A stretch of DNA of 60,000 nt. It comes from Botryllus schlosseri (taxonomy: Eukaryota). Shown here in pieces: positions 38,079-50,700 of the stretch (positions are counted from its first letter, which is position 1; the number at the start of each line of letters is the position of its first letter). Made by a program: the position numbers and the translations under genes. Below the pieces are notes generated by a model. It ran no database searches. It was not told the DNA's origin and saw nothing but the letters and a program-made list of their open reading frames with translations. The stretch is from contig CM119372.1 in the NCBI GenBank assembly GCA_051294905.1, positions 11,286,001-11,346,000 of the forward strand, in the 5' to 3' direction.

Positions 38079-38983
38079 GTAATATCTTAGTATTGATTGT
38101 GGATGTTTGATGATGATTATCAAAGATGATATTCCATGACCGGCTGGTAAATGTGTACTTCTAAAATTGGGCACTCTGCAGAATAATTCGCTTGTGATAC
38201 CGAACCGGCATAGCATGTTCAATTCTTACAGCTGCAGTATAGGGGACAAGGTTTCAGAAATGCATATCCTAAAAATGCTGTTAAGCCTTGGTTGATTACC
38301 TTGAGCTGCTAAATTCACTGCACAATTGAACCTTGTTCTCACTATTTCCCTGTTTGCTGCTGTGAGTGATGTGGATTATGATAAGATCTTGCTGTAGCTT
38401 GTGGAAACCTTAATAACAATATGATGGGTCCTTGCTGAATTAAGCCTGCTGAAATTTTAATCAGTTCAAGAGGTCCTTTTCAAATGGATTCCTCAATCAT
38501 TGTGAATCTTATGATGTGAAAGGTATCACTATTGCTATGTACGATCATGTGTTTGTGGTGCTGATGCACTTGATGCTAGCAACAAAGCAAGTTGAAAAAG
38601 ATGGTTTGGTGAAGGCTTGGAGAGTTAGCGAATGAGAGTCCACTCGACATTAGATGCTAAAAATTTTTCATTAAGAAGTGTCCAAGGTGGATATTTATGT
38701 AAAATCCTTATATGAAGCATACCACAATTCATTTTTAGTTTTGAACTCGTCAAGGTTTAACATAGCCTAATACACGAAAGTGACATAGCGACAACAAATA
38801 TGCGTAGGACGGGTAATCCCTAGAGCAATGATCTATCTTCAACTAATTGGCTAATGTCAGCTGTTATACTCCTTTTGTATTTTAGATTAGACGCGGCTGA
38901 TACACTTATATTTGAAAAGAAGATAGATAAAAGAAATTGTTTGATGATAAAAATACGATGCAGTAAAATTCAGTAAACAATGG

Positions 38984-39400
38984 CTACACTTTGAACGTTG
39001 CGGAAGCTTTTGTGAGTCCGTTTTTAGCTTCTGCTAGGAACGTTTCATAAGTTATTTTGTCCACGTCACCGCCAGTTGGCATCAATTCAAAGTCTTTCAC
39101 ACCGATAGTCCGCAGGGCTTCTGAATATTGCTCTTTAGTGATGAAACCTTGTTTAGTGGGGTCCAGCATACCAAATATTGCTTGCAAGTTTGATTCGTCA
39201 AACAGGCATGGATAGTACATTCCTGTTTGTTGAGATACCTTCAACTTTTCCAGCTGCTCAACTAAGTATTCCTTCGGATCGTCTGGCTTATTGTAAATCA
39301 ACATTGACGTCATGTTATCAAGGAGTTCAATAATTCGATGCCGTTGCAAATATGTCTTTGTGTCTGCTTCTCGAACATTGCCTGTGGTAGTGTCAGCCAT
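38984..39400 (-). CDS. EFCAB10: EF-hand calcium-binding domain protein 10 (138 aa, intronless CDS)
   Basis: YLQRHRIIELLDNMTSMLIYNKPDDPKEYL (RIIa/Dpy-30-like) plus LFDESNL.AIFGMLDPTKQGFIT EF-hand; ATG at 39400 downstream of a splice acceptor. Confidence 0.85.
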   Translation of the reverse strand: MADTTTGNVREADTKTYLQRHRIIELLDNMTSMLIYNKPDDPKEYLVEQLEKLKVSQQTGMYYPCLFDESNLQAIFGMLDPTKQGFITKEQYSEALRTIGVKDFELMPTGGDVDKITYETFLAEAKNGLTKASATFKV

Positions 39401-41145
39401 TATGTGTATACTCGATATATTCCAGTTATAATACAGCTGTAGAGAAGTGGAATCAGAGCCGACATGAAATACCATATGAGTCACTAGCCTCATAACGTTA
39501 TCGATTTAGTTTTATTGGTAATTTTATCAATTTGCCTACCAACACGTAGGCCTACCACTTCATTTTCATCGCTTGTTCTTCTTATGGTATTTGTCGAAAA
39601 ACAACATATTTGAATCATCCATGCCCTAATACGTGTCGCCTTGAAATGTAATAAACAACTTGTAACAATTATAGCTGGGACAGGTTTCGATCTCAAATTC
39701 TCTGACGCATGTCTAACCTAAGCTAGCTGGAGTCTGCAGTCGGGATGCTTAGTTCCATGTACTTGATGCCTAGTTTGTAATCTCAATATATCTGTTTCGC
39801 CTCATTTAAACTAGATGCCAGCATGATTCATTCACATTTCTGAAACTAAACATAGCTTGAGAATATTTTCTGTTGAAAAATTGAAATATCTGGGAGCGAA
39901 CATCTGACACAAACACCGGAAACAGTACTATTAACGAAAATAAGAACCATTTACGGTAATTTTGCCTTCGTCGATAATGAATTTCACTGACACTCTTGAT
40001 CGTCGGCAGAATTTAGATGTTTGGACTTTGATATCATTACAGAGGGCTGCGCAGGAAATTTTATTCGATTATAATTAACTCAATTCATGAAAGTCATCTC
40101 TCTTCGAAATTGCGAACGCAAACCTATACAATTGATACACTGGTATATAGCCATAGTGGAATTGGTGGCAACGTCACGCGCAACTTTTATCTTCAATACT
40201 TCATTATTTTAAGTAAAAAACCCTTCTGTCACGCGCAACTCATTGCCGAAAACAACCACTGTTTCCAGTCTGGGTATATAGCACTTTGTAGCACAAATCC
40301 AATGTAACTCCACAATGTATTCGTTGCCATGACACTAACTTCAGGATCACTGAGCTGTGTCGAGTCCATGGCCAACAAGATTAGTCTCATCTAGCTTAAT
40401 TTCATTATTTTATAATAATCCGATAGATACTTCACTTAACCTTCGCTAAATAGAAAAAAATATATCACCTACAGCCACTGAGCTATATAAACATGTCCAT
40501 TGACCATTCTTAATCTGAGGTCCAATGTCCAGTTATGGGCAAGTTGTCCATGCAAACAAGTTTTTCGAGAGTTCTAGCTGTTTGAAAATAATTCCGCTCA
40601 GTTACTGGTTGGTTATTTGTCCTGAAAAACTCGAAACAAGAGCTATGTATGTCTCAATAATAACGTAATGCTATCCATTGATCTCACTGTATATATTTAC
40701 GATTACGACCGATAAGTTTTGAAAAGCAATGCTTTGTTGGTCCGGTTATGTGATGTGATTCAGTATTAACATTTTCCGGGACACTCGCAAATAGATTACC
40801 AACCTAGTCCTATTATAATGTCCTTGATTGATTGGAGGCATCACTTGGCGGTTCATATAATTTTTCCGTGTAGGATAGTTATGTACAATTGTACAATTGC
40901 AATAATAGTAAATTAGCCACATCTCACTCCATCCGTTTCCTGTCAATCTGCCGCAGTCAATGTTATCGTAGGATTCGTAATATTCGTAACATTACTCAAT
41001 ATCTAGGCAACAAAAAGAAATTGCAGTTTGTAGTGCGTGCATTGAGTGGGTGAGGTACGGAGAGCCGGGAGAGGGCGAGTTCGTTAGTCGAGTTGAACCT
41101 TGAACGTTGAACTAGTCTGCCATAATTTATACCAGGGTTGTTGGT

Positions 41146-41666
41146 GGGGCTGGGCACAATGATTCGAGTACTCGAATCTGAATCGAGTATTAATTTCAAT
41201 GATTCGAGTCGAGTAGTAAAATACAATTTTTTCGAGTACTGAAATTATACGCTCCTCGCAACTGAAAGCTAGTTTACTAACGAGAAGTATAGTTTGGATA
41301 ATATTTTCCACTAAGGAAGAGTTGAAACCATGATTGGCCGTGTTGCAGCATACGAGACATAGTACAAAGCTACTAACGTTATTGGAAATGACACATTTCC
41401 GAAGTCATGATCATCCTACAACATTGTCAAGAAGTGCAATGAAATCGGTATGGTCGAAAAAATACCAAAGTATCTGTAATGTGACGGATAACAGGCATTG
41501 TGTTCTCTGTGGTGGCATAAAAGGTACATATTTGTACTTTGACATCGTACATTTTGTTGTGACGTCATAATGAGTGATACTCAAATACTCGAATACTCGA
41601 CTCGACTCGAAGAGTAATACGTGATTCAGAATCGAATCACTCAGGTACTCGATTTTGCCCAGCCCT
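41146..41666. mobile_element. MITE; related copy at about 34650-35080
   Basis: TIR gggctgggca / tgcccagccc; shared internal sequence gcataaaaggtacat...cgtcataatg. Confidence 0.7.
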
Positions 41667-41817
41667 TGTTGGCTGTTGCTTCAGTGTTTATATAGCTCTG
41701 TGGTTCAGCCAAATACGGCATTGTAGTCCACGACGAAAGTTTCCAGAACAGAGCGCAGAGGTAATGAGTGCGAGAGGAATACATTTCTGTCAAACTGGAT
41801 AAAAGTTATAGACTGCT

Positions 41818-42084
41818 ATGATCATCATCATCATCATCATTGGTTTATAAGCAATTTTATCAGTTCAATACACCACAAAAATGCGATTCCATGAAATGAA
41901 AGGAAGATGTCGAAGCGACTAGGAGTAGTCTATGGAATCAGACACCCACCTTGGCCTAGGCGATGTAAAGAGGAGTCATGCACACTGAATGAAAGTAAAG
42001 AAGATAGTATTGAAAAAGTAAGCGACAAGAAATAGGGCGGCATGTCATGGGAAGCGAGATCGATAGGTCAGTCGTGGTCCGGTA
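41818..42084 (-). mobile_element. LINE 3'UTR fragment with (TGA)n tail
   Basis: Similar to 3483-3740; (atc)n run at 41821-41840. Confidence 0.7.
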
Positions 42085-42229
42085 TCCGAACTAACTAGAC
42101 CAAAGTAGAGGCAATAAACTTGATTTAGCGGTTCTATGTTAACTTTACAATTTCAGCAATCACTCCACCGCAAATCAGTGAAATAAATCTCTATTTTCTG
42201 TTTCTTTTTAGGCTCATTTCAAATAGAAG

Positions 42230-43752
42230 ATGGATCCAATCTTTTATGTTGCTGCGGCAGTCATTGTTTCTCTGCTTCTTTGGTTTGCCATACGATCTAG
42301 GACTGGTGAAAAGCCGGATGCTGGTAACGACACGAGAGATCAACCCCAACCACGTCAGGCAGGTCGTGTACCAGTGCGACGAAGAAATGTTCTCTCGAGG
42401 ATACAGCAACGTGCCCAAGGTACTCACAACTTGTAATGAATATTCAACTGTGTATTAGTATCATTCAACTATTCTCGAGTTCTGGAAGGAGTTCTGAGTT
42501 CTCTACCAGTATGTTACGTCCATTTGTAAAGTGTGCTCAGTTAATGTTCTAATTATAGGAATGCTTTAGAAATTGTTTTGAGTTCATGCATTCTGTCCGT
42601 ATATCTACATGGCATGCCTTATTGTTTATTGGCACAATTGGCATGGATTTTTTAGTATGGGACATAAGGTAAAAATATTTGGAAATTTGCGAAGCTACAT
42701 CAATCACCACCTGAAAATAATGGTTATTTTAGATTTACATCACTTGAAATTGTCATAACTACTGGGCAATGTTTTATGATAGCAATATATTCATGGTGAT
42801 AATAATTTACACTATTATTTTGCATTAAGTCACAGAGATGCTACTTTCAATTTTAAAAGATATAGATTGACCCCTCGTCCCTACCTACTTTTTCAACTAC
42901 CTGGGTAGTCTTCTAATCATTAGTGTTCTACTTCTACTTAATTTTGACATATTAGTAACCACTGCTTCTACTTCTAATTTGGTAGAAATTCACAGTATTT
43001 CCTAAAGTTGAGTTTGATCATCTCCGATTGCACTTCCTGCGTACTGAGACCTGTTCCCTTTGAAGCGACATTCTATTATTTCCTAACGCTGTCACAATAT
43101 CCTTGCATTTTCAGAAAATCAACTCAATGACCAAGATTCCGATGACGAGGATGCAGATAGCAAAAAGATAGGCGCGAAGAAAAGGAAGAAACTGGAGGAG
43201 AAAGAAGAGCGGAGGAAAATGAGAGAGATAGAGATGAGGGAACGGGAGGAGCGAAAAAGGGAACAGGAAGAGAGAGATGAAACGAGGCGTCTCGACGATG
43301 AGAGAAAATTAAAGGAGGAGGCGAAAATTGCGGAGGAAAAACGTGTTGAACTTGAAGAAAAAGAGAGACGCGAACATGAGGAGTATCTCAAGCTGAAAGC
43401 CATGTTCTCAGTGGAGGAGGAAGGGGATGAAGCCATAAATACCGAAGACGGAGGCGAGAATATGCTACTGCAATTTGTTGAGTTTGTCAAATCGAAGAAG
43501 GTTGTCCTTCTGGAGGACCTGGCTTCTCATTTTGGGTTGCGGACGCAAGAGGCCATCGACAGGGTGCAGACGATGTTGAACGACGAGATTTTAACTGGAG
43601 TCGTCGACGACAGGGGGAAGTTTATATATATATCGAACGACGAACTGAATGCGGTCGCAAAATTTGTAAAGCAACGCGGACGGGTGTCTATAAGCGACTT
43701 GGCGCAGGCCAGTAATTCATTAGTGAATTTGATTTCGGAAAGTGCAACCTGA
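42230..43752 (+). CDS. DDRGK1: DDRGK domain-containing protein 1 (UFBP1), two coding exons 42230-42419 and 43115-43752
   Basis: N-terminal signal anchor, [50 protein letters not shown]; phase-1 splice is consistent. Confidence 0.96.
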
Positions 43753-44584
43753 AACTCGAACATTACTATGGCGATGGGTGTTCTGCGGGTGACATGTTGA
43801 ATTTCAAAAAGTTGGCAACAGTATTTTGTGGATGGCATGGCAGGTCTGCCATGATATTTGCTTGGTTATATATTTATTGAATCGTCTATTGAGAAGATCT
43901 AGATAGCAATCCTTCCATTCGACATTTCTCATGTTGTATTTATATATAAATCAATGTATTCAACTGTTAATGTTGGCAGTGCTGGCTAGAATTAGATATC
44001 TATCCGACAGGCACAAATTTAGCGTTGTGAGAATGCACTGGCCTTGCTGTACTCGGATTGAGATCATTGACTTTTGAGAGTTTAAGAGAAGCCGTCTTCG
44101 GTCGAACCTGAAAATACTAGCGAGTTAGAGCATGCTGTTTCTGTTGTATGTAGTCTCCTACCTTCTCAATTTTAACGAGCATGGGGCCGGATGATGGTGT
44201 GCGATATGTTCCCTTATGTTTTGTCCACTTGTCGCAGTGCAGTTTCTATGTGGACAATAGCTATTACTGCAGTTCTAAAATGTAGCTATGAAAACTATTG
44301 CTAGAGTGATATGATATATGTCCTACAGAACTAATCCAAGTTACTATCATTGCTTGGTCTATCGATTAATTTATCATTTCATCTCGCCAGAAGATGTGGG
44401 TACAGTACCCTCTTATCAAAATATCACGGTTTTCCAGTTCATAACAAGAACATCAAACTGCATTGTACATTTGTTCCAAGCTGGATGGTGGTTCAATGGT
44501 TATGCGAAATAAACCATATTGTTGTTGGCTGCGAGTTGACTTGAATAGTGAATACTGATAATGTGAGTGACATAGTAAGTTTAC

Positions 44585-44932
44585 CTGTGCTAGATCCTTC
44601 CTGCCGCTGGTCTCCATTGCTCGTATGCAAGCTTCCACTGGCTTGTTGCGATTAATATTTCGCCAGGTAACCAGCATCTAGGTTCCAATAATATGTTTTA
44701 AAGCCGCTACAATGACGGCTACCTAACTAGCCTTAACCCGGAAGGTGCTCAGTTATTGGCTCACATTGAACACTTTGTCTCTTTGGTTATGCCGATATTG
44801 TGCGGCTAATGTTGACACTTGCTGGCGGGTTAAACCGAGGTTGTATGCGAGCAGCTCCCATTCGTGACCGATATAACAAGACAAGTTCATCAACATTTTG
44901 TCAGAGAGGGTATCGAGTTCTGGTCCTGTCAT
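44585..44932 (-). CDS. Small death-domain-only protein; exons 44932-44765 and 44677-44585, 3' end unresolved
   Basis: Spliced translation MTGPELDTLSDKMLMNLSCYIGHEWELLAYNLGLTRQQVSTLAAQYRHNQRDKVFN|MLVTWRNINRNKPVEACIRAMETSGRKDLAQ; phase-0 GT-AG intron; in-frame TAG two codons before the ATG. Confidence 0.8.
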
Positions 44933-45385
44933 TTTCTATCCCAATACGTTAGCATATCTTGATGGAAGTTCTGTCGTTAGCTGGCAAACTTATCAGTAGG
45001 GTAATTATTCTTAGCCTTGCTTAAAAACTAGTAGAGGTAATCAAAGTAGTCATCGTTGTTGCCAGGTAGCCAAAGTCTACTTGAGTACTTTGAGAAAGTA
45101 GAAGTACTTCGTTACTGACAACTACCACCCCCGTATCATCTCGCGGCGGCCTGGGCTATCGTCTGTACCGCGTACCTTTACAATACACATCTGCTAACTG
45201 CTTACTGAGGCACAAATATAATTATAATGGCAGAAAATCTGATCGGGTAGACCGCCATGATCGTTTTGACATGTGGCCGTCAAATTCAGCTGTTAAACAA
45301 ATCGTACCCTACACTATTCGGTGTCTCTTTTATAGAATAATTGTTTCGCCACCTTCGCATCTTTTTATCGTATCGCAATATTGAG

Positions 45386-45643
45386 CAGAGGTGGTCAGTT
45401 ACGAAGTACTTCTACTTTTTGAAGTACTTGAAGTAGATTTTGCCTACTCACACTACTTTTTAAGTAGTTATGATTTTAGACTACTTCTACTTCTACTTGA
45501 CAGTTTTCAGTTTTGTAGGCAAAAATAAGCGTAAAATACCTACTTACTTGTGAACCACCACTCCTACTTCTACTTGAGTAGAAATTCCGGCGTTACTTCT
45601 ACTTCTACTTGAGTAGCGACGGTGACTACTTTGACCACCTCTG
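45386..45643. mobile_element. hAT-type MITE (CAGAGGTGG family)
   Basis: TIR cagaggtggtca / tgaccacctctg; perfect 8-bp TSD atattgag. Confidence 0.9.
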
Positions 45644-46987
45644 ATATTGAGGCGTATTGATTGGATGAAAATTTAATAATAAACAGAACTGAATCTTTAC
45701 AAGCAGGACTCGCCAACGTCTAATAGTCATAAATTCTAGATTTATATCCATCGAAAACTGAAAAGCATAGCTTGTGCACTCATTATTCTAGTCCCGCGAT
45801 TTCAAATTGATCGGTTCATACTACTTTTTCATTACTAACACCCGCTTTCACCTTAACACGGCCAAAGTTTAAAAGGCCCAACTCATCAATACGCTACTCA
45901 ATTATCGCACTGACATATATAGGCTCGTTCTATGGCCCAATATAATGCTGCACTCATTTGTGGCTCGTTACGTCGTTATAAGTATGTCGCCCATGTAATT
46001 CCTTTGTTATAATCAGTTGTCAAATCAACTACCACACCCATGGTATTTTGTCTCACGTTGTTTACGTTCTTTGTCCAACAGTTCCCATGTTATAGCAAGT
46101 AATCTATTGTTTTAGTATTGTGATTATATCGGTCATAAGCTGTGTTATAATATAATATATGTTTATCGTCTCACAGGGTTACCATATTTTGGAAGGGACA
46201 CTTTTTCATGGTAAATTTTCTCCATTTCTAGGTCGATTGACTAAATAAAAGTCAACTTTCTGGCTCAACTCCCGAAATACAGTTTTTCTTCCACATTATC
46301 CATTGCTTTATTAAAAAAGGTCAGCTTTCCGGCTCAGCTACCGAAATAGCAGCAGGAGCGTTACTTCAGCTCTAATTTACCGCATCTCGGTCGGATTTTG
46401 CCCTATATTGAACCAAAATTCTCAAAAAAGAGGAAGTTTGGGCGTCCTCCGAGGACACTTTCAAAAAAGTCAAAAAAGAGGACAAATCCTCTTGAAAGAG
46501 GACGTATCGTCATGATGTTACCATCTTCCACGCTCATTTCCATCGATCCATAGCAATAGATCATGGTTGGATAAAATCAAATTCAATACTAATTGGTGCT
46601 CCGTGGTCAGTCTACTGAATCTATATTATGACGTCAGGGTTTGACAGACAGGTGATACAGTGGTTGGACTGGTTGCAAAGTTACAATCACTTTGATGTTT
46701 ATTTTGCGAATAGGGCGTTATGTGTTGGGGTGTTTGACCCTAATTCAAGACTATGGATGCTTTGCCTTAGATGTAGCTTTATATCAAACTTTACGCGGTT
46801 CCAGAATACCAAGATTGAATTTCGGTCAAAATTTTACGCCGGGAAGATATGCTGACTTTTCTCATCGTTACAAACTTGCTTTTGCTGATGAGGATGAACG
46901 TCGGTAGGGAACTTGAACTGTATCAAATACAGAAATTCATCTTATCTAATGACCTAAGGAATTATATGTATAATTGTAAGTTGGATC

Positions 46988-47545
46988 TCAATCAATCAAG
47001 TTTATTAATATTTTCATCGTTTCAAAACATCACAAGACTGCGATACAATGAAAAGATATAGGATAGTGTCGAAACAAGCCTTTAAGATCAGACACCCACC
47101 TTAGCCTAGGCGAAGTAAATAAGAGGCATGCACACTGAATGAAAAGTAATGCAAAGAATACAATACGCAAGCGACAAAATGAGGTGGCATGTGGCGGAGT
47201 GCGAGGACGAAGTTAGGTCGTGGTCCGGTAATCCTGAAGACTGGCTAGTATTCATTTAGAAGAAATTGCTTGTATTTCGACTTGAATGCGGACATGTTCG
47301 ACGACTGCCGGCGAGATGCTGTTCCGCAATTGGGGTCCGGCATACTTGATATAGAGCAATGAGTTTTCTTGTATTCAGTCCTGATCATATGGTAGTTGTT
47401 CTTCGTTGACGCGCGTGTGCTGAACTTGTGCGCTTTCGTCTCCGAGGTGACGTAGTCGTTGAAATTTGAGGGACATTGACCGCAATGGAACTGATACATA
47501 AACTTGGCAATTTCTAGCTTCCTCATATCTTCTGTTCTTTGGATC
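46988..47545 (-). mobile_element. LINE 3' fragment (L2/CR1-like) with (TTGA)n tail
   Basis: RKLEIAKFMYQF..CPSNFNDY...HKFSTR...FKSKYKQFLLNEY* followed by the shared 3'UTR. Confidence 0.75.
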
Positions 47546-47707
47546 AATCGCAGTGAGCATGCAGATTTTTAGATCTATGTTACAATAATTTCACTAGGAT
47601 AGACTTAGTTTGCAACAAGAAACTAGCTTTAAGCAGTTTAGACGAAATAGGCTTGAACGCTCTTTCGATTATAAGTCCTTTTCTTACTAGTTTCATGAAA
47701 ATTGCAG

Positions 47708-50700
47708 CAGTTGGTACCACTTCATGCGAGTCGTTAGAAACGTCTGACACAAGCGCTACATGCAGCGATGATTTCAAAGTAGGATCGCGGTGTCAGCTGA
47801 CGTGTACTAACCCCAAGCAACCATCAATCGCTGAAGTAACGTGTGTTTTAGTCGATGGTATCATCGCAGGATGGTCTCCAGACAAGCCTTCATGTATTCG
47901 TGAGTGATCTGCAATCATCATCAAGTGTTTATGACTACCGCTAGTGTAAATGACACCTGCATTTGAAACATATATTTGTATGCCAACAAGATTGTCATAT
48001 CATTAATAATGACTCGCACATTAGGTTCTATGCGGCATAGACGTTGAGTACAATGTTTATTTTGGAATAGCTTTCTACAAGAACGTAATTTGAATATACT
48101 GAACAGTACATCGATACGTTATATCAGTATACATTATACGATACAGCAGAGGTCTCAAACACGCGGCCCGTGAGAGCATTTTGTGCGGCCCGCGACGGCA
48201 TTTTGGATTTTAATGTATTCGAAAATATATTTAACTTATACATATATTTTTCATACTTGACTACTTAAATTTTAATGTAAAACTATTTCAAAAACCAGAA
48301 ATCTTATCAAACTTCACTATCACAACAATTGCAATAGCTACCATGTGATGGAAGATCAGCTATTATGTCACATTTCTAGTTTGTGATGATAAAACATGAC
48401 CCGTTGATGATTTGTGTTGCCCCCATGATGCATAGGTAGGTACATCCAGGGTGATCTTCGGTCTCCTTATCCATGTTATTGTCGACAGTGGCGAGTAAGG
48501 CGGTGGTACGATCCGCAGCTGTTATTCCAATGGATTCTTCGGCGATCGGGCATTTCTATTCCAGGGGTACTTAACCAGGGGTCCACGGATGCCGTCGGGG
48601 TACGAGATGGAATTAGGCCTATATGCTATGTACAGCTTCAAATTATTTTGCAAATCAACAAAAAGTGGAATGTTTTCGGGTAAATTTATTCAACTGAAAA
48701 ATATTCTTTGTGCCATACGCGATTTTATGTGCATTGGGTTTTTGGTTGGAACCAGGGGCGTATCCAGAGCGCGAAAAAGGGGGGGTTTTGCGTTACGAAA
48801 TTGGCTATTGTGACGTCATCATTACGATCACTCGTCTCCACGCCATGGCGAATATTTAATATATTATAGTTTAATAATAAACAGAGATTTGCGGTGAGTG
48901 GGAGATGTACGAATACGATACGGACATTGCCTGAAAATCGCGTTTCTTTTACGGTATGATTGAAAGAAATTCGTAAATGCTCACATTTAGTCATGAGCTG
49001 GCAAACGCCGCCCGTCTTCAAGCGCCTAGTTCCGGTCAGAGATGCGCGATTTTGTTGGGTTTCGACGATATTATGCGCACGGTCGGTAGTATCGCAGCGG
49101 ACGAACAAGCGCGGAATAGGGCGGTAGCATAAACGAGGGCGATCGCGATCGCCACAGCGTGGTGTGGTGTGAACAGTGTACGTCGTACACGAATGTGTGC
49201 TTTTCGATGGCTTTACTAGCCATACGGCTGAGCGTGTAGTACGCGCGAAGATAATTAGACCTTAATTTGCAAGCACGCAAGTCAGTCAACTAATACAGAG
49301 TACACACTGGGATAATAACTTGATCGACAGAGAAACTTGTCAGCGGATATAATTAGGTTAACTTTACTACTAGGCCTACTCAATTCTCCCGTTCGGCGAC
49401 AACATAGGCCTGTATTTGGACGACAGCAAGCCACCTAACAATCGGGAACGTAGATTGCTAGGCTTGTATTTTGAAATGTGAATGTCAATCCTAGGCCATT
49501 TCTCGCCAATAATCGCGAATACAACGTGGATTTGAGAATAGCATTGTCGTACTGGTGCCGTCGTGTCTGCGTCTCGCTGATCAAACAACACGCCGCGTGC
49601 AATTCTTAATTAGGATTTCAAGGCGAGCAGGTGCAGCGAATTCGCGAGCAATGTTGATTGCCGACAACTTCGTCTTTGCAATTACGTTCAATTAGATTAG
49701 ATTTTCCTAAAATGCGTCTCTCGTTTTAGCAAGGCGAGAGAGAAATCGAGGGAAGAAAGTTGAGAACGTCAGCAATTGCCACAGCTGAAATGTAGCTGAA
49801 CAAACGCAGAATTCGTATGGAATAAGCGAATTATAATGACCTATTTTATCCTTTCGACTAATTCGGCGCATAATTCCAATATTTTGTAGGGGTGTTAGTC
49901 CTCTTAAATAACATTAAGACGCCATATTCGCCTTCTCATACGTAAAAACGAATATGTTAAACTAACAAATTAGCAAATATTAGAGGCTATATTTGACATC
50001 AATTTTTAGGATTTTGAAAAGGGGGGGGTTCCGACCCCCTAAAACCCCCCCCTGGATACGCCACTGGTTGGAACCATCGTAACAAAGTGGAAAATGGCGT
50101 CACCAAAAGCTAGGAAATTGGCCCGCGAGCACATTTGAGTTTGAGACCTCTGCGATACAGGATACAGTACATCAGACAGCAGATAACATAGAAGATACCA
50201 CACACAAATCGGATTCATCAACACAAATTACTGATTAATCAATAATAATGAAAGAGTCGTGACAATGACCAACGAATTCTAACTTGGAACCAAACGAAAA
50301 CCTGAATGGCACTTTCATCTATAGATTTACAACAATGCCGTGTGAGTGGATTGTCCACAACCAAGTTGGATAGTTGTATATATCATTTTGAATGTCGTTT
50401 ATCGTCAATCATATATTTCAATATAATATTCGAAAATCCAATGAATACATTGACCATTAAAAGTTATCACATTCCTTCCAGTATGCATATAAGAGTTTGC
50501 ATTGTTTTATGTTACAGCATCTTGCTGGCCGGAAGAAATTTCCATTCTGAATGGTAGTGTGGCATGTACGGATGGAAACTTCAAAGATTCCGTGTGCAGT
50601 TTCACCTGTGATGACGGCTTCCTGATTTCTGAAACGAGTTCGGTCGTAACATGCTCCGACTCATCCGGCACTGGATCGTACGATTGGAGCATCTCTCCAC

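Noticed and set aside
40475..41703. Possible element with ccac(a/t)gagctatataaac inverted ends
   Set aside because: An 18-bp inverted match is present but the TSD is unconvincing, so it was left unclassified
43119..43490. Ser-rich minus-strand ORF
   Set aside because: Antisense shadow of the Glu/Arg-rich DDRGK1 exon
46692..46907. Candidate signal-peptide first exon of the sushi/vWA gene
   Set aside because: Its apparent donor is phase 2 while the next exon needs phase 1
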